64,000 nucleotides of DNA from Candidatus Gorgyraea atricola (GTDB lineage: Bacteria; Omnitrophota; Gorgyraeia; Gorgyraeales; Gorgyraeaceae): contig JAVCCW010000010.1 of assembly GCA_030765235.1 (NCBI GenBank), positions 94,907-158,906 on the forward strand, in the 5' to 3' direction. The stretch's first letter is position 1; each line of letters begins with the position of its first letter. The notes under the pieces are model-generated. The model was given only the letters and a program-made list of their open reading frames with translations. It had not been told where the DNA came from and did no database searches. A program made the translations under genes and the position numbers. Below, in pieces: positions 31,478-41,451 of this stretch.

Positions 31478-32133
31478 AGGGATTCATAGATGATAAGCTT
31501 TATAAATCTGAGCGTATCAAAAAAGGGATTGATCTGGCTGGATTCACTCCCGTAGATCGAATCTATATCCACAAACGTTATGCGCAAATTATGTCTTTTT
31601 GCCTCAAGGAGCATCTCTGATTCTATCTCATACTTTGTCGTCCTTAGATTCATTTTATCAATAGCGTTCCTGGACAGGAGCCTGTATCCGCATTGCGAAT
31701 CTTCCACCTTCTCCCCCAGGATAAGCGATATTATAAAAGACATAAATACATTTGTGCACCGCCTTACAAAAGGCATTTTCTTTGGATTGCGCATTCGATT
31801 GCCAAGTACAATATCCGCGCCTGATCGTTTGTGTTCTTTTATGAATTTATCGATCTCTGCAAGATCATGCTGGCCATCACCATCCATAGTGATGACAAAA
31901 TCACAGCCATTATCCAGGGCGTATTCCATGCCTTCTCTTATGCACCGGCCCTTGCCTACATTTTTAGAATGCACCACGAGCTCTGCCCCGAATTTATTCG
32001 CCTCTACAATAGTGTGATCACGTGAACCATCGTCCACGACCACGACCCTGAAATCCATTGTCCTGAGTTTCCTCACGATAGGACCAATAGTCCTTTTCTC
32101 ATTATAAGTTGGGATGACTATAAATACGCTCAT
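31462..32133 (-). CDS. GT2 glycosyltransferase (dolichyl-phosphate mannosyltransferase-like)
   Basis: MSVFIVIPTYNE..VVVDDGSRD..DGDGQHD motifs. Confidence 0.85.
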   Translation of the reverse strand: MSVFIVIPTYNEKRTIGPIVRKLRTMDFRVVVVDDGSRDHTIVEANKFGAELVVHSKNVGKGRCIREGMEYALDNGCDFVITMDGDGQHDLAEIDKFIKEHKRSGADIVLGNRMRNPKKMPFVRRCTNVFMSFIISLILGEKVEDSQCGYRLLSRNAIDKMNLRTTKYEIESEMLLEAKRHNLRITFVDIDSIYGSESSQINPFFDTLRFIKLIIYESLWRRF

Positions 32134-32136
32134 AGA

Positions 32137-33018
32137 TTAAAGCACAAACGCGTCTGTGGGCGCCTCCCAGAATCTCCTGAATACAAGCCACTGTTCTGGA
32201 TACGCCTTGATATATTTTTCCATTACAGGTACAAAACTTTCTGTTGCCCTTTTAATCATTTCCTCTTCTGTCATGCCCGGTATCTTTTTTATTTCAATGG
32301 GTTTCTCAAATATTAACTTGTAGCTAAATCTATCATGACGTATACAAAATCCTGGTATAATCGGTGAGCCTGTCTTTAAACTAAGCGCTGCTGGACCCTT
32401 TGGAATGCTTGTTGGCACACCGAAGAACTCCAGGGTTACGCCAGAATCCGTAAAATCCCTGTCTCCGACCAATGCAAGCATGCCGTTTCTCAATAACGTC
32501 CTGATACAGCCTCTCATAACAGAGCTCATCCCGATCACTTTCATGCCGTTCTCTTCTCTCTGTTTAATAAAAAAATCATTTATCCTGTCGTGCCTGTGAT
32601 TCAAGGTAACAGCGGATATGTCATAGCCCTTTATGCCTACTGCCACTCCGGCTATCTCCCAGTTGCCAATATGACAGCTGAGAATAATGGCGCCTTTATT
32701 TTCTTTTAAAGCCTTATCAATATTCTCAAGGCCTTCGATCTTAACGTTTCTATCAATATTTTCTTTATTAAGTTTTGGTATTCTGAAGAAATCCACAAGA
32801 TACAGACCAAAATTCCTGAAGACCTTTCTTGCCAATACGCGAGACCCTGCAATATCTTTCTTAAGCACTGTACTTAAATTCTCAGTGACAGCCTCTCTGT
32901 CTTTTTTTGAAATGCAATAATGAATATCAGCGAATCTCTCTGCAAGCCAGTATACAACCTTTAGCGGCAGGGCATTCGAAAGAAAAAAACCAATTCTGTA
33001 TAAAATATAAAAAAACAT
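32137..33018 (-). CDS. lysophospholipid/lipid A acyltransferase (LpxL/HtrB family)
   Basis: 293 aa; N-terminal TM helix, PF03279-like layout. Confidence 0.7.
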   Translation of the reverse strand: MFFYILYRIGFFLSNALPLKVVYWLAERFADIHYCISKKDREAVTENLSTVLKKDIAGSRVLARKVFRNFGLYLVDFFRIPKLNKENIDRNVKIEGLENIDKALKENKGAIILSCHIGNWEIAGVAVGIKGYDISAVTLNHRHDRINDFFIKQREENGMKVIGMSSVMRGCIRTLLRNGMLALVGDRDFTDSGVTLEFFGVPTSIPKGPAALSLKTGSPIIPGFCIRHDRFSYKLIFEKPIEIKKIPGMTEEEMIKRATESFVPVMEKYIKAYPEQWLVFRRFWEAPTDAFVL

Positions 33019-33019
33019 T

Positions 33020-34138
33020 TTATTCCGTATCCAATACCAGCTTTGCGATATCCCTGGCTGCGTTGGGTCTTTTTAGTTCACTGGCCCTTTTGCGCATCTG
33101 GTCGAGTTTTGTATTATTCAAAAGTAGCTCCTTGACAAGCGCCACTATGTCCTCGCTGTCTTCTGCCTTAACAGCCACGCCCTGCTGCAGGAGAAATTCA
33201 GTATTTTTTGCCTCCTGCCCTGGTATTGGACGTACAATGATCATTGGCAGATCTTTACTTAATGCCTCGGATGTCGTAAGTCCTCCTGGTTTTGTAATGA
33301 CTATACTCGAGACTTCCATTAACTCATCTATGTTTTCCACATGGCCAAAGACAAACAATTTCTTCTTGTACTTGAGCTCCCTTTTTTTTAGTGTCTTCTC
33401 GAGTTTTTTATTGGTTCCGCAAACCACTGCCAACTGAAAAGGGATATCTATGCTTTCAAGCATATCAACAATGTCCTCGACAGGTCCCAGCCCCTGGCTT
33501 CCGCCCATAATGAGAACAGTGGAGACTTGAGGATCAAGCCCTATATCCTTACATACTTTATTCTTATCGTGTGCTATGCCAAATCTTGGATTGATTGGAA
33601 TACCAAAGACCTTTATCCTGGATCCACTCACTCCGTTCTTCACAAATCTCTCCTTGCAGATCTCAGACGGCGTAATATACCAGTCCACATCATTAAATAT
33701 CCAGTAGGAATGCGGGGCATGATCTGTCAGGACGCCTGTCAGCGGCAGAGGCAGATTCAAATTCCTTTTGTAATCAGCTATCATGCCACATGGAAACGCC
33801 TGTGTGCACACAACAGCATCTGGCTGGAAATCCTTTAAAAGCGCTTTTAATTTTTTAGAATTAAATCTGTGTATGGCTTCCCGTATAGCCTGGGCATTCT
33901 TTAAGATCTTTGGATTATCATACAGGTACTCCCATACCTCTGGCTTCTTCTTTATCACCTCTGCATATGTTTTGCTGATCACCTTTTCGAGAATAGGATT
34001 AGTGTACCCAAAGGCATTTATGTTAAGGGTCTGGACTGACGGCGAGATCTCCTTTAAGGCGCTCTCAATGGCAATGCTGGCGCGATGATGCCCGGAACTC
34101 TCGGTTATGTACATTAAGAGGATTTTTTTATCTGGCAT
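33020..34138 (-). CDS. GT28 glycosyltransferase, monogalactosyldiacylglycerol synthase-like
   Basis: N-terminal MGDG_synth-type region (ILLMYITESSGHHRA), C-terminal GT28 Glyco_tran_28_C (VITKPGGLTTSEAL). Confidence 0.75.
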   Translation of the reverse strand: MPDKKILLMYITESSGHHRASIAIESALKEISPSVQTLNINAFGYTNPILEKVISKTYAEVIKKKPEVWEYLYDNPKILKNAQAIREAIHRFNSKKLKALLKDFQPDAVVCTQAFPCGMIADYKRNLNLPLPLTGVLTDHAPHSYWIFNDVDWYITPSEICKERFVKNGVSGSRIKVFGIPINPRFGIAHDKNKVCKDIGLDPQVSTVLIMGGSQGLGPVEDIVDMLESIDIPFQLAVVCGTNKKLEKTLKKRELKYKKKLFVFGHVENIDELMEVSSIVITKPGGLTTSEALSKDLPMIIVRPIPGQEAKNTEFLLQQGVAVKAEDSEDIVALVKELLLNNTKLDQMRKRASELKRPNAARDIAKLVLDTE

Positions 34139-35282
34139 TTTTCTTTATGAATCTCTCTATGCGCAGGCACGCCTCCTTTAGATCAGGCATCTTGGAAGCA
34201 TAGGATATTCGTATATAATCTTTTCCTTCTGGCCAAAAAGCTGTGCCAGGCACGACTGCCACATTTTCTTTCTTTAAAAGTTTTTTCGCGAATTCCATGC
34301 AGTTCATGCCTGTATTTTTTATTGAAGGGAATATATAAAAAGCGCCGTCTGGCATAGGACAGACTAGTCCTATCTCGTTCATCCGGTCTACTATAAAATC
34401 GCGCCTTCTCTTATATTCGCGCTTCATCTCCTGCACGTAACGGCTGGAATTCTTCAGCGCCTCGATCGCCCCTATCTGCCCCATTATAGGAGAGCACAGC
34501 ATTGTATACTGGTGGATCTTTGTCATAGCGTCTATTATCTTTTTTGGGCCGCATGCATATCCGACCCTCCACCCTGTCATGGCAAATGTCTTGGAAAATC
34601 CATTTAAGTACACAGTTCGATTCTTCATCCCCTTTAATGTGCAGAGAGGCGTATGCGAAAAATCGTAAGTAAGTTCGTCGTATATCTCGTCGCTTATGAC
34701 AATAAGGTCGTGTTTTATAAAAACCTTGGATAGCTCCTGAAGCTCTTTCTTCGAATAAGAAACACCTGTGGGATTTGCAGGGTAATTTAAGATTATTGCC
34801 TTTGTGCCTCTTGATATGTGTTTTTCCACGAGAGAAGGCGTTAATTTAAAACCAGTCTTTTTGGTGTTGATAAATACAGGTGTACCTCCTGCCAGGAAAG
34901 TTACAGGATGATATGACACGTAACAAGGCACAGGTATAAGCACTTTATCGCCTGGATTCATGAGGCTGCGCAAAACAAGATCCATGCCCTCACTTACACC
35001 TGTAGTAATAAGCACTTCTGTATCAGGATCATACTCTACGTTGTGCCTGGTCTTTAGGTGTTTTGAAATCTGCGACCTTAACTCGTAAAGACCTTTATTA
35101 GAAGTATATGAGGTCGCCCCTCTTTCAATAGAAAATATGCTAGACTCGCATATGTTCCATGGTGTGACAAAATCCGGTTCGCCCACACCAAGAGAGATCA
35201 CATCCTTCATCCCGATGACAAGTTCAAAGAATTCCCGTATACCCGAAGGCGGTATTTGTTCTACTTTCTTGGATATATCCAT
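34128..35282 (-). CDS. class I/II PLP-dependent aminotransferase (AspAT family)
   Basis: LNGFSKTFAMTGWRVGY Lys-containing PLP motif, NYPANPTG. Confidence 0.85.
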   Translation of the reverse strand: MDISKKVEQIPPSGIREFFELVIGMKDVISLGVGEPDFVTPWNICESSIFSIERGATSYTSNKGLYELRSQISKHLKTRHNVEYDPDTEVLITTGVSEGMDLVLRSLMNPGDKVLIPVPCYVSYHPVTFLAGGTPVFINTKKTGFKLTPSLVEKHISRGTKAIILNYPANPTGVSYSKKELQELSKVFIKHDLIVISDEIYDELTYDFSHTPLCTLKGMKNRTVYLNGFSKTFAMTGWRVGYACGPKKIIDAMTKIHQYTMLCSPIMGQIGAIEALKNSSRYVQEMKREYKRRRDFIVDRMNEIGLVCPMPDGAFYIFPSIKNTGMNCMEFAKKLLKKENVAVVPGTAFWPEGKDYIRISYASKMPDLKEACLRIERFIKKNAR

Positions 35283-35300
35283 AATTTAGCCTCGTTAATT

Positions 35301-35786
35301 TTAAAATGAAATAGCGATGCGCTTATCTCTCTCAGCCCTTTTTAGTACGTCTCCGTCTTCTTTGTATTTTTTCAAAAGAAAATGTGTGACTGTGCCTCTG
35401 ACATTGTCGAGCGTTGCAAGGCGCTCAGAGACAAAGCTCGACACAGCCTGTATGTCCTTGCCTTCTACAACCAGTAAAAGATCATATGTGCCTGAGAGCA
35501 GATAGCAGCTTACGACCTCTGGAAATCTGTATATCCTCTCAGCTATATGATCAAAACCATGTCCTCTCTGTGGCGCAATATTTACCTCTATCAATGCCCT
35601 GACAGCCCTGTTATTATCTTTTATAAGCTCCCGATTCAAAACTGTTTTGTATTTAAGTATTACTCCGTCTTTTTCAAGCTTCTTTATTGTATTTTTTACT
35701 GTCACAACGCTCTTCTTCACGCTCTTTGCTATTTCCTGCGGCGTTGTCCGCGCATCTTTCTCGAGAATCTCGAGGATTTCCTTCAT
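35301..35786 (-). CDS. Lrp/AsnC family transcriptional regulator
   Basis: HTH N-terminus plus RAM domain. Confidence 0.85.
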   Translation of the reverse strand: MKEILEILEKDARTTPQEIAKSVKKSVVTVKNTIKKLEKDGVILKYKTVLNRELIKDNNRAVRALIEVNIAPQRGHGFDHIAERIYRFPEVVSCYLLSGTYDLLLVVEGKDIQAVSSFVSERLATLDNVRGTVTHFLLKKYKEDGDVLKRAERDKRIAISF

Positions 35787-35795
35787 GACTACCTC

Positions 35796-36026
35796 CTATT
35801 CTATTACTGCTAAAACATCGCCAACCTTAACAGTGTTACCTTCTTGTGCAACAATCTTCTTCAGCGTACCTGCGGCCTTTGACGGCACATTAAATGCTGC
35901 CTTATCAGTAGCCATCTCCACAAGCTCATCTCCTTCTTTTACTGCATCGCCTTCCTTAAAGTGCCAAAAAGACACGACTGCCTGATCCACGCCTTCTGTC
36001 AACTCCGGTAATCTTAATTCTGCCAT
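35796..36026 (-). CDS. stand-alone lipoyl/biotinyl-attachment domain protein
   Basis: 76 aa; EMATDKAAFNV lipoyl-lysine motif; adjacent to lipA/lipB. Confidence 0.75.
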   Translation of the reverse strand: MAELRLPELTEGVDQAVVSFWHFKEGDAVKEGDELVEMATDKAAFNVPSKAAGTLKKIVAQEGNTVKVGDVLAVIE

Positions 36027-36057
36027 ACTTCCTCCCCTTATTTTTTATTACTTACTT

Positions 36058-36187
36058 ACGTGGAGGTTACGTAAAGTTACGGAAGGTTTCGGAATGTTGC
36101 GTAAGGTTGTATTAAGAGCGTTGGAATCCATCGCTCTTGTAACCTTCGGTAACCTTCTCTAACATTCCGTAACCTTCGTAACCTCCA
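36058..36187. repeat. Family B palindromic repeat copy
   Basis: tggaggttacgtaaagttacggaagg...ccttcgtaacctcca. Confidence 0.9.
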
Positions 36188-36195
36188 TGTAGTAT

Positions 36196-37047
36196 TTACA
36201 TATAAGACGACCTCGTAAACGGGCTGCAGGAATGTTTCTTGAAGCCCAGCTCCTCTGCCCATCTTGAAAATTTAGTAAATTCCTCTGGCGCTAAAAATTC
36301 CTCGACCTCCAGGCAGCTCGGATCAGGCCGTAGATACTGGCCTATGGTAATTATTTCGCAGCCTGCTTTCCTTAAGTCCTCCATCGAGACTCGAACCTCG
36401 TCTCGAGTCTCGCCAAGCCCTACCATCAGGCCGCTCTTTGTTGTAACCTGGTTGCTCGCATACCTTATGAGATCCAATGATCTTTTATAATCTGCCTGCG
36501 GCCTGACTCTATTATATAATCTAGGTACGGTCTCTATATTATGCGAAAATATATCAGGTTTTGCAAGAATAACTTTATCAATTGCATAGCGCTTGCCAAG
36601 AAAATCAGGGACAAGCACTTCTATCCTTAAATCGCTGTTAGATTCCCTTAAGATCTTAATGCAATCTGCGAAATGGCTTGCGCCGCCATCCCCTAGATCA
36701 TCACGCGTAACAGAGGTTACGATCACACTGAGAAGCCCTAATCTTTTAACTGCATCTCTTATATCAAAGAGCTCTTTTTTGTCTGGCAATGACAATTTCT
36801 GCGCTGTCTCGATCGCGCAAAACCTGCAACTCCTGGTGCATCTATTGCCTAATATCAAAAATGTGCACTTGCGCCTTGAAAAACAGTCGTATATGTTAGG
36901 GCATTGCGCGCTCTGGCATACTGTATTAATATTTGAATCACGCAAAAGTTCCCTGAACTCTGCTGTATTCTTATCAATTCTTACTGACTGTCTCAGCCAA
37001 TAAGGGAATCTCTTTAAATGTCGAGATGAGTCTATTTTTAGCATCAT
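36196..37047 (-). CDS. lipA: lipoyl synthase
   Basis: CPNIYDCFSRRKCTFLILGNRCTRSCRFC cluster motifs. Confidence 0.95.
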   Translation of the reverse strand: MMLKIDSSRHLKRFPYWLRQSVRIDKNTAEFRELLRDSNINTVCQSAQCPNIYDCFSRRKCTFLILGNRCTRSCRFCAIETAQKLSLPDKKELFDIRDAVKRLGLLSVIVTSVTRDDLGDGGASHFADCIKILRESNSDLRIEVLVPDFLGKRYAIDKVILAKPDIFSHNIETVPRLYNRVRPQADYKRSLDLIRYASNQVTTKSGLMVGLGETRDEVRVSMEDLRKAGCEIITIGQYLRPDPSCLEVEEFLAPEEFTKFSRWAEELGFKKHSCSPFTRSSYM

Positions 37048-37600
37048 CCATGTCTATTTCGCGCTTCAGCAAACTTTTTAATGATGTGATCTCAACGCCT
37101 TCAATGCCACATGGCCTGATAAATGAAAAAGGCATAAGATCAGTGTTGATATTCATGGCCAAGCCGTGATACGTGACCCATTTTTTTACGCCTATGCCTA
37201 TGGAGCCGATTTTTTTATTGTCGGTCCATACACCTCTGAGTCCAGGTCTTTTTTCTGTAAAAATCCCGTATTGTGCTAAAAAAGCGCTTCCTATCTCTTC
37301 TAAAAACTCTAAAAATCTATGTATATCCCGACTCTCATTTTCCAGTTTAAAAATAGGGTACGCTATGAGCTGGCCAGGGCCGTGATATGTAACATCCCCA
37401 CCCCTGTCAGTCTGAACCACATGGATCTCGCGCCTAAATACATTCTGCTCTGAACCAGTTCTCCCTATTGTTATAACTGGGTTGTGTTCTGTTACGAGTA
37501 ACGTATCTTCACAAATACCCAGGGCAACTCTCTCTACGAATTCCCTCTGAAGCTGATATATCTCTGAAAAATCAGTTACACCCAAATCTATAACTCGCAT
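36974..37600 (-). CDS. lipB: octanoyltransferase
   Basis: 208 aa; LipB/LplA-type fold (..RTGSEQNVF..RGGDVTYHGPGQL..). Confidence 0.9.
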   Translation of the reverse strand: MRVIDLGVTDFSEIYQLQREFVERVALGICEDTLLVTEHNPVITIGRTGSEQNVFRREIHVVQTDRGGDVTYHGPGQLIAYPIFKLENESRDIHRFLEFLEEIGSAFLAQYGIFTEKRPGLRGVWTDNKKIGSIGIGVKKWVTYHGLAMNINTDLMPFSFIRPCGIEGVEITSLKSLLKREIDMDDAKNRLISTFKEIPLLAETVSKN

Positions 37601-37628
37601 AATGACTTGAACGGGCTAACGACCTCAG

Positions 37629-38849
37629 CTATTTGAACCTCACCCTATACGACTCTAAGTGCTTTGTTAATCCCTCTATCTTTGTGATCTTCTCGATCGC
37701 TTCTTTTTCTCTTTCAAGCGCCTTTTTGGAATATGCTATCGTGTGCGTGCTCTTAAGAAAAGACCTCACACTAAGACCTGAGAAAAACCTGGCTGTGCCG
37801 CCTGTTGGCAAGACATGGCTCGGACCTGCCACATAATCTCCTACGCATACAGGCGAATATGGCCCTATAAACACTGCGCCCGCGTTATTAATTAACTTCA
37901 AGACCCTGTTGGGGTTTTTTATAAACACCTCGAGATGCTCAGGCGCGATCCTATTTATGACCTCTGCTGCCTGCTGAAGATTTTTTGCCAGTACGATATA
38001 ACCCTTGCCTACTTCTTTTCTCATTGCGCGGGCGAATTTTTTTGATGTAGTAACAAGGATTGCAAGGCCCTTTAAATGTTCTGCCTGAGCCTGCATGTCT
38101 TCTATTACATAGTCTTTATCTGAAAACTGGTTCGCCAATATAACGACTTCGCTCGGACCTGCAAGCATGTCTATGTCAACATAACCATACACCTGACGCT
38201 TTGCCTCAGTCACATAATCATTGCCCGGGCCCACGACCTTATCCACCTTTGGTATAGTCTTTGTGCCAAACGCAAGGGCAGCTATTGCCTGCGCGCCTCC
38301 GACCTTATAAACCTCATCCACCTTTAAGAGATTTGCCACTGCGAGTATGTGGGGATCAACAGTGCCGAATTTTGTCGGCGGAGTCGCGAGTATTATCCTT
38401 TTCACGCCAGCTATCCTCGCAGGTAAAACGCTCATGTACACGCTCGAGACAAGCGGTGCTGTGCCTGCTGGTACATATATGCCGACGCTTTCAATAGGCC
38501 TAAAGATCTCGCCCAGCTGAATACCTTCCGCGTCTTTTATCTTCCATGGCCTAGGCAATTGTTTTCTGTGGAATTTCTCGATGTTCCCGATTATGGTTTT
38601 CAGGCTCGATATAAAACCTGTATCTATATTCTGATAGGAGCCATTGATCTCGTTTGCGCTTACCTTTAGGTCTTTTGGAGAGAGCTTTACCTTATCAAAT
38701 CTCCTGGTATACCTGATGACTGCCTTGTCACCATTCTCTCTCACGTCATCTACGATCCTGCGCACCTTTTCTGTTACGCGCTTTTTATTGCAATAATATC
38801 TCCCACAGAGTTTCTGTATTTCCTTGCTGGAAAGTCTCAAAATTTTCAT
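37629..38849 (-). CDS. hisD: histidinol dehydrogenase
   Basis: GGAQAIAALAFGT, VGPGNDYV, AGPSEVVILA motifs. Confidence 0.9.
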   Translation of the reverse strand: MKILRLSSKEIQKLCGRYYCNKKRVTEKVRRIVDDVRENGDKAVIRYTRRFDKVKLSPKDLKVSANEINGSYQNIDTGFISSLKTIIGNIEKFHRKQLPRPWKIKDAEGIQLGEIFRPIESVGIYVPAGTAPLVSSVYMSVLPARIAGVKRIILATPPTKFGTVDPHILAVANLLKVDEVYKVGGAQAIAALAFGTKTIPKVDKVVGPGNDYVTEAKRQVYGYVDIDMLAGPSEVVILANQFSDKDYVIEDMQAQAEHLKGLAILVTTSKKFARAMRKEVGKGYIVLAKNLQQAAEVINRIAPEHLEVFIKNPNRVLKLINNAGAVFIGPYSPVCVGDYVAGPSHVLPTGGTARFFSGLSVRSFLKSTHTIAYSKKALEREKEAIEKITKIEGLTKHLESYRVRFK

Positions 38850-41350
38850 AAATGCTCCTTTAGGACTTCTTGTGCTTTTTTTAATATTTTCTTTATGTCG
38901 ATATTAGCGCGGGCTCCTGCCTGGGCAAAATCTGGCCTGCCTCCACCTTTTATGCCAAAACTTGAGCCTATCTCATTCAATACCTTGACAGCATCCATGC
39001 CTGCCTGGACCCTGACAACCATTGAAAGCTTTCCGTCCTTTTCAGATACCAGGACAAAAATTGACTCCCTTATCCTGCCTTTTATTGTATCAGCTGTTTT
39101 TCTCAGCATAGCCATATCCACATTGCTGATCTCTGCAACAATAACATCGCGCCCTTTGATCTTCTTTATGTCTTTCAAAATCCCATCAATGCTTGAGGAA
39201 GCGAATCTATCACTGACAATATTCAAATCTTTCTCTATCTTCTTAAGCCTTTTTGTCAATTTTTCTATTTCTTTTAGTATATTATCTGGCGATGTCTTTA
39301 ATTCTTTCGCTATCTCTTTTACTAAGGCTATGCTTTCCTGGATCTTTTTATTCGCCGCGTCTCCTGTAACAGCCTCGATCCTTCTTACTCCGCCTGCTAT
39401 GGAAGACTCTGAGAGGATCTTAAATCTGATGATCTCTCCTGTATGCCTTACATGCGTGCCGCCGCATAATTCCTTGCTATATTCACCCACAGAGACCATT
39501 CTCACAGTATCCGCATATTTTTCTCCAAAAAGCGCGATCACGCCCTGCTTCTTTGCCTCTTCCAATAAAAGCTCTTTAACACACACCAGGCTATCCTCTT
39601 TTATTCTTTCATTCACAAGATCCTCTACCCTTGAAAGCTCCTCGCCTGTAAGCGCCTTAAAATGCGTGAAGTCAAATCTCAGATGATCTGGCGCGACCAA
39701 AGAACCAGCCTGCTTTACATGCTGGCCCAGCACCTTTCTTAAGGCATTATGCAAGAGATGTGTAGCTGTATGATTTTCTCTTACCTGGCCTCTACGTTTT
39801 ACATCTATCCTTGCCACTACTTTATCACCTGGTTTTAGCGCGACTGTTTTCATCTTTACCTGATGCTCGATCCTCCCGGCAAGATCAATTGCATTTGTAA
39901 CCTCTGCTATAACTTTTCCATCCTTGATCAATGCCCCAGTATCACCTACCTGGCCACCTTTTTCGCCATAAAAATTTGTCTTCTTCAAGAAAATAGAATC
40001 TCCTGAAACCTGCACAACTTCAGTCTCGAGTTCTTCTTCGTTTTCTACAAAAATACTTTCATCAGGCAATTTCAGGTTTGCGTCGCCTTTAAATATCGAA
40101 CCTTTTATCTTGCTGGATGCGCGTGACTTAATGCGCTGGTCTTTCATGCATTTTTCAAAACCCGGGATGTCTAGCTTTATACCCCTGACTCTTGCTATGT
40201 CTTGTATTAATTCTACAGGAAACCCATAAGTATCATAGAGTTTAAAAATAGCTTTCCCTGGAAGCACGCCTTTAGACTTAAAGGTCTCCTCTACCTCTTT
40301 CAGCCTCTCTTGACCAGCTTGGATAACGTTACTAAATCTTTTTTCCTCTTCCAATATTTCCTGCGCAATATATTCTCCGCGCTGTGTAAGTTCTGGATAT
40401 GGCCTCTTCATCTCCCCTGCAACCACAGGAACCAACTTATACAAAAAAGGCTCTTTAATGTCCATTGCCCTACCATGCCAAGATGCTTTTCGAATCAATT
40501 TACGAATAACATAGGCTCTCTCTTCATTAGATGGCGACACACCATCTCCAATCGCAAATGTAACTGCGCGTATATGATCAGCGATAGTATTAACAGTATT
40601 AGGATTGTGAGAACTTCCAGCAAATCCTTCTATCTTCTTAACTATCGGTTCAAACGAATCTATCTCGAAATTCGTCTTTTTCCCCTGCATGACCCTTGTG
40701 ATCCTCTCAAGTCCCATGCCTGTATCTATGTTCTTGCCTGGCAGCGGGTCTAATTTGCCGTGATCCTTTCTGTCAAACTGCGTAAATACAAGATTCCATA
40801 TCTCCACACCATCTGGGCCGCCATAAAAAATCTCAGAGCATGGACCACATGGCCCGTTCGGACCTTTGCTTGGCGCGCTCGCTGGCCAGAAATTATCTTT
40901 TTCTCCCAGCTTTAGGATCTTTTTCGTAGGTACTTTTATTTCATTCTTCCAGATATCGTACGCCTCGCTATCATCTTTATACACTGAGACCCATAGATCC
41001 TTTTCCTTAAGGCCTAACTCCTTTGTCAGAAACTCCCATGCCCACTCTATTGCCTCTTTCTTAAAATAGTCGCCGAACGAAAAATTTCCAAGCATCTCAA
41101 AGAACGTATGATGATCAGGCGTCTTTCCCACATTCTCAAGGTCGCCTGTGCGCAGGCACTTCTGGCAGGTCGCTGCCCTTCTCGGGCCCTTCACTCTACC
41201 AAGAAACTCTTGTTTAAATTGATTCATACCCGTGCCTGTAAAAAGAAGGCTGGGGTCATTGGCAGGAACGAGTGAATCGCTTGGATAGATCTTATGTCCA
41301 CGTTCCTCGAAGAACTTCAAGAAACGATCTCTGATTTCGTCTGCTGTCAT
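38846..41350 (-). CDS. alaS: alanine--tRNA ligase
   Basis: 834 aa; N-terminal FLKFFEERGHKIYPSDSLVP..FTGTGMNQFK. Confidence 0.95.
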   Translation of the reverse strand: MTADEIRDRFLKFFEERGHKIYPSDSLVPANDPSLLFTGTGMNQFKQEFLGRVKGPRRAATCQKCLRTGDLENVGKTPDHHTFFEMLGNFSFGDYFKKEAIEWAWEFLTKELGLKEKDLWVSVYKDDSEAYDIWKNEIKVPTKKILKLGEKDNFWPASAPSKGPNGPCGPCSEIFYGGPDGVEIWNLVFTQFDRKDHGKLDPLPGKNIDTGMGLERITRVMQGKKTNFEIDSFEPIVKKIEGFAGSSHNPNTVNTIADHIRAVTFAIGDGVSPSNEERAYVIRKLIRKASWHGRAMDIKEPFLYKLVPVVAGEMKRPYPELTQRGEYIAQEILEEEKRFSNVIQAGQERLKEVEETFKSKGVLPGKAIFKLYDTYGFPVELIQDIARVRGIKLDIPGFEKCMKDQRIKSRASSKIKGSIFKGDANLKLPDESIFVENEEELETEVVQVSGDSIFLKKTNFYGEKGGQVGDTGALIKDGKVIAEVTNAIDLAGRIEHQVKMKTVALKPGDKVVARIDVKRRGQVRENHTATHLLHNALRKVLGQHVKQAGSLVAPDHLRFDFTHFKALTGEELSRVEDLVNERIKEDSLVCVKELLLEEAKKQGVIALFGEKYADTVRMVSVGEYSKELCGGTHVRHTGEIIRFKILSESSIAGGVRRIEAVTGDAANKKIQESIALVKEIAKELKTSPDNILKEIEKLTKRLKKIEKDLNIVSDRFASSSIDGILKDIKKIKGRDVIVAEISNVDMAMLRKTADTIKGRIRESIFVLVSEKDGKLSMVVRVQAGMDAVKVLNEIGSSFGIKGGGRPDFAQAGARANIDIKKILKKAQEVLKEHL

Positions 41351-41375
41351 GTTATCCTATTTCAATAGCGCCTCT

Positions 41376-41446
41376 AGTGTCAGGTTTTAGGTGTCAAGTG
41401 TCAAGGAGCTAAAATCCCTGACACCTTTCACCTGACACTTGACACC
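41376..41446. repeat. Family C palindromic repeat copy
   Basis: agtgtcaggttttaggtgtcaagtgtcaagg...cctgacacttgacacc. Confidence 0.85.
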
Positions 41447-41451
41447 AACGC

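Noticed and set aside
36974-37047. 74-nt lipB/lipA overlap as sign of frameshift or pseudogene
   Set aside because: Both proteins are full-length with intact motifs. The overlap probably reflects a slightly later true lipA start or genuine translational coupling.
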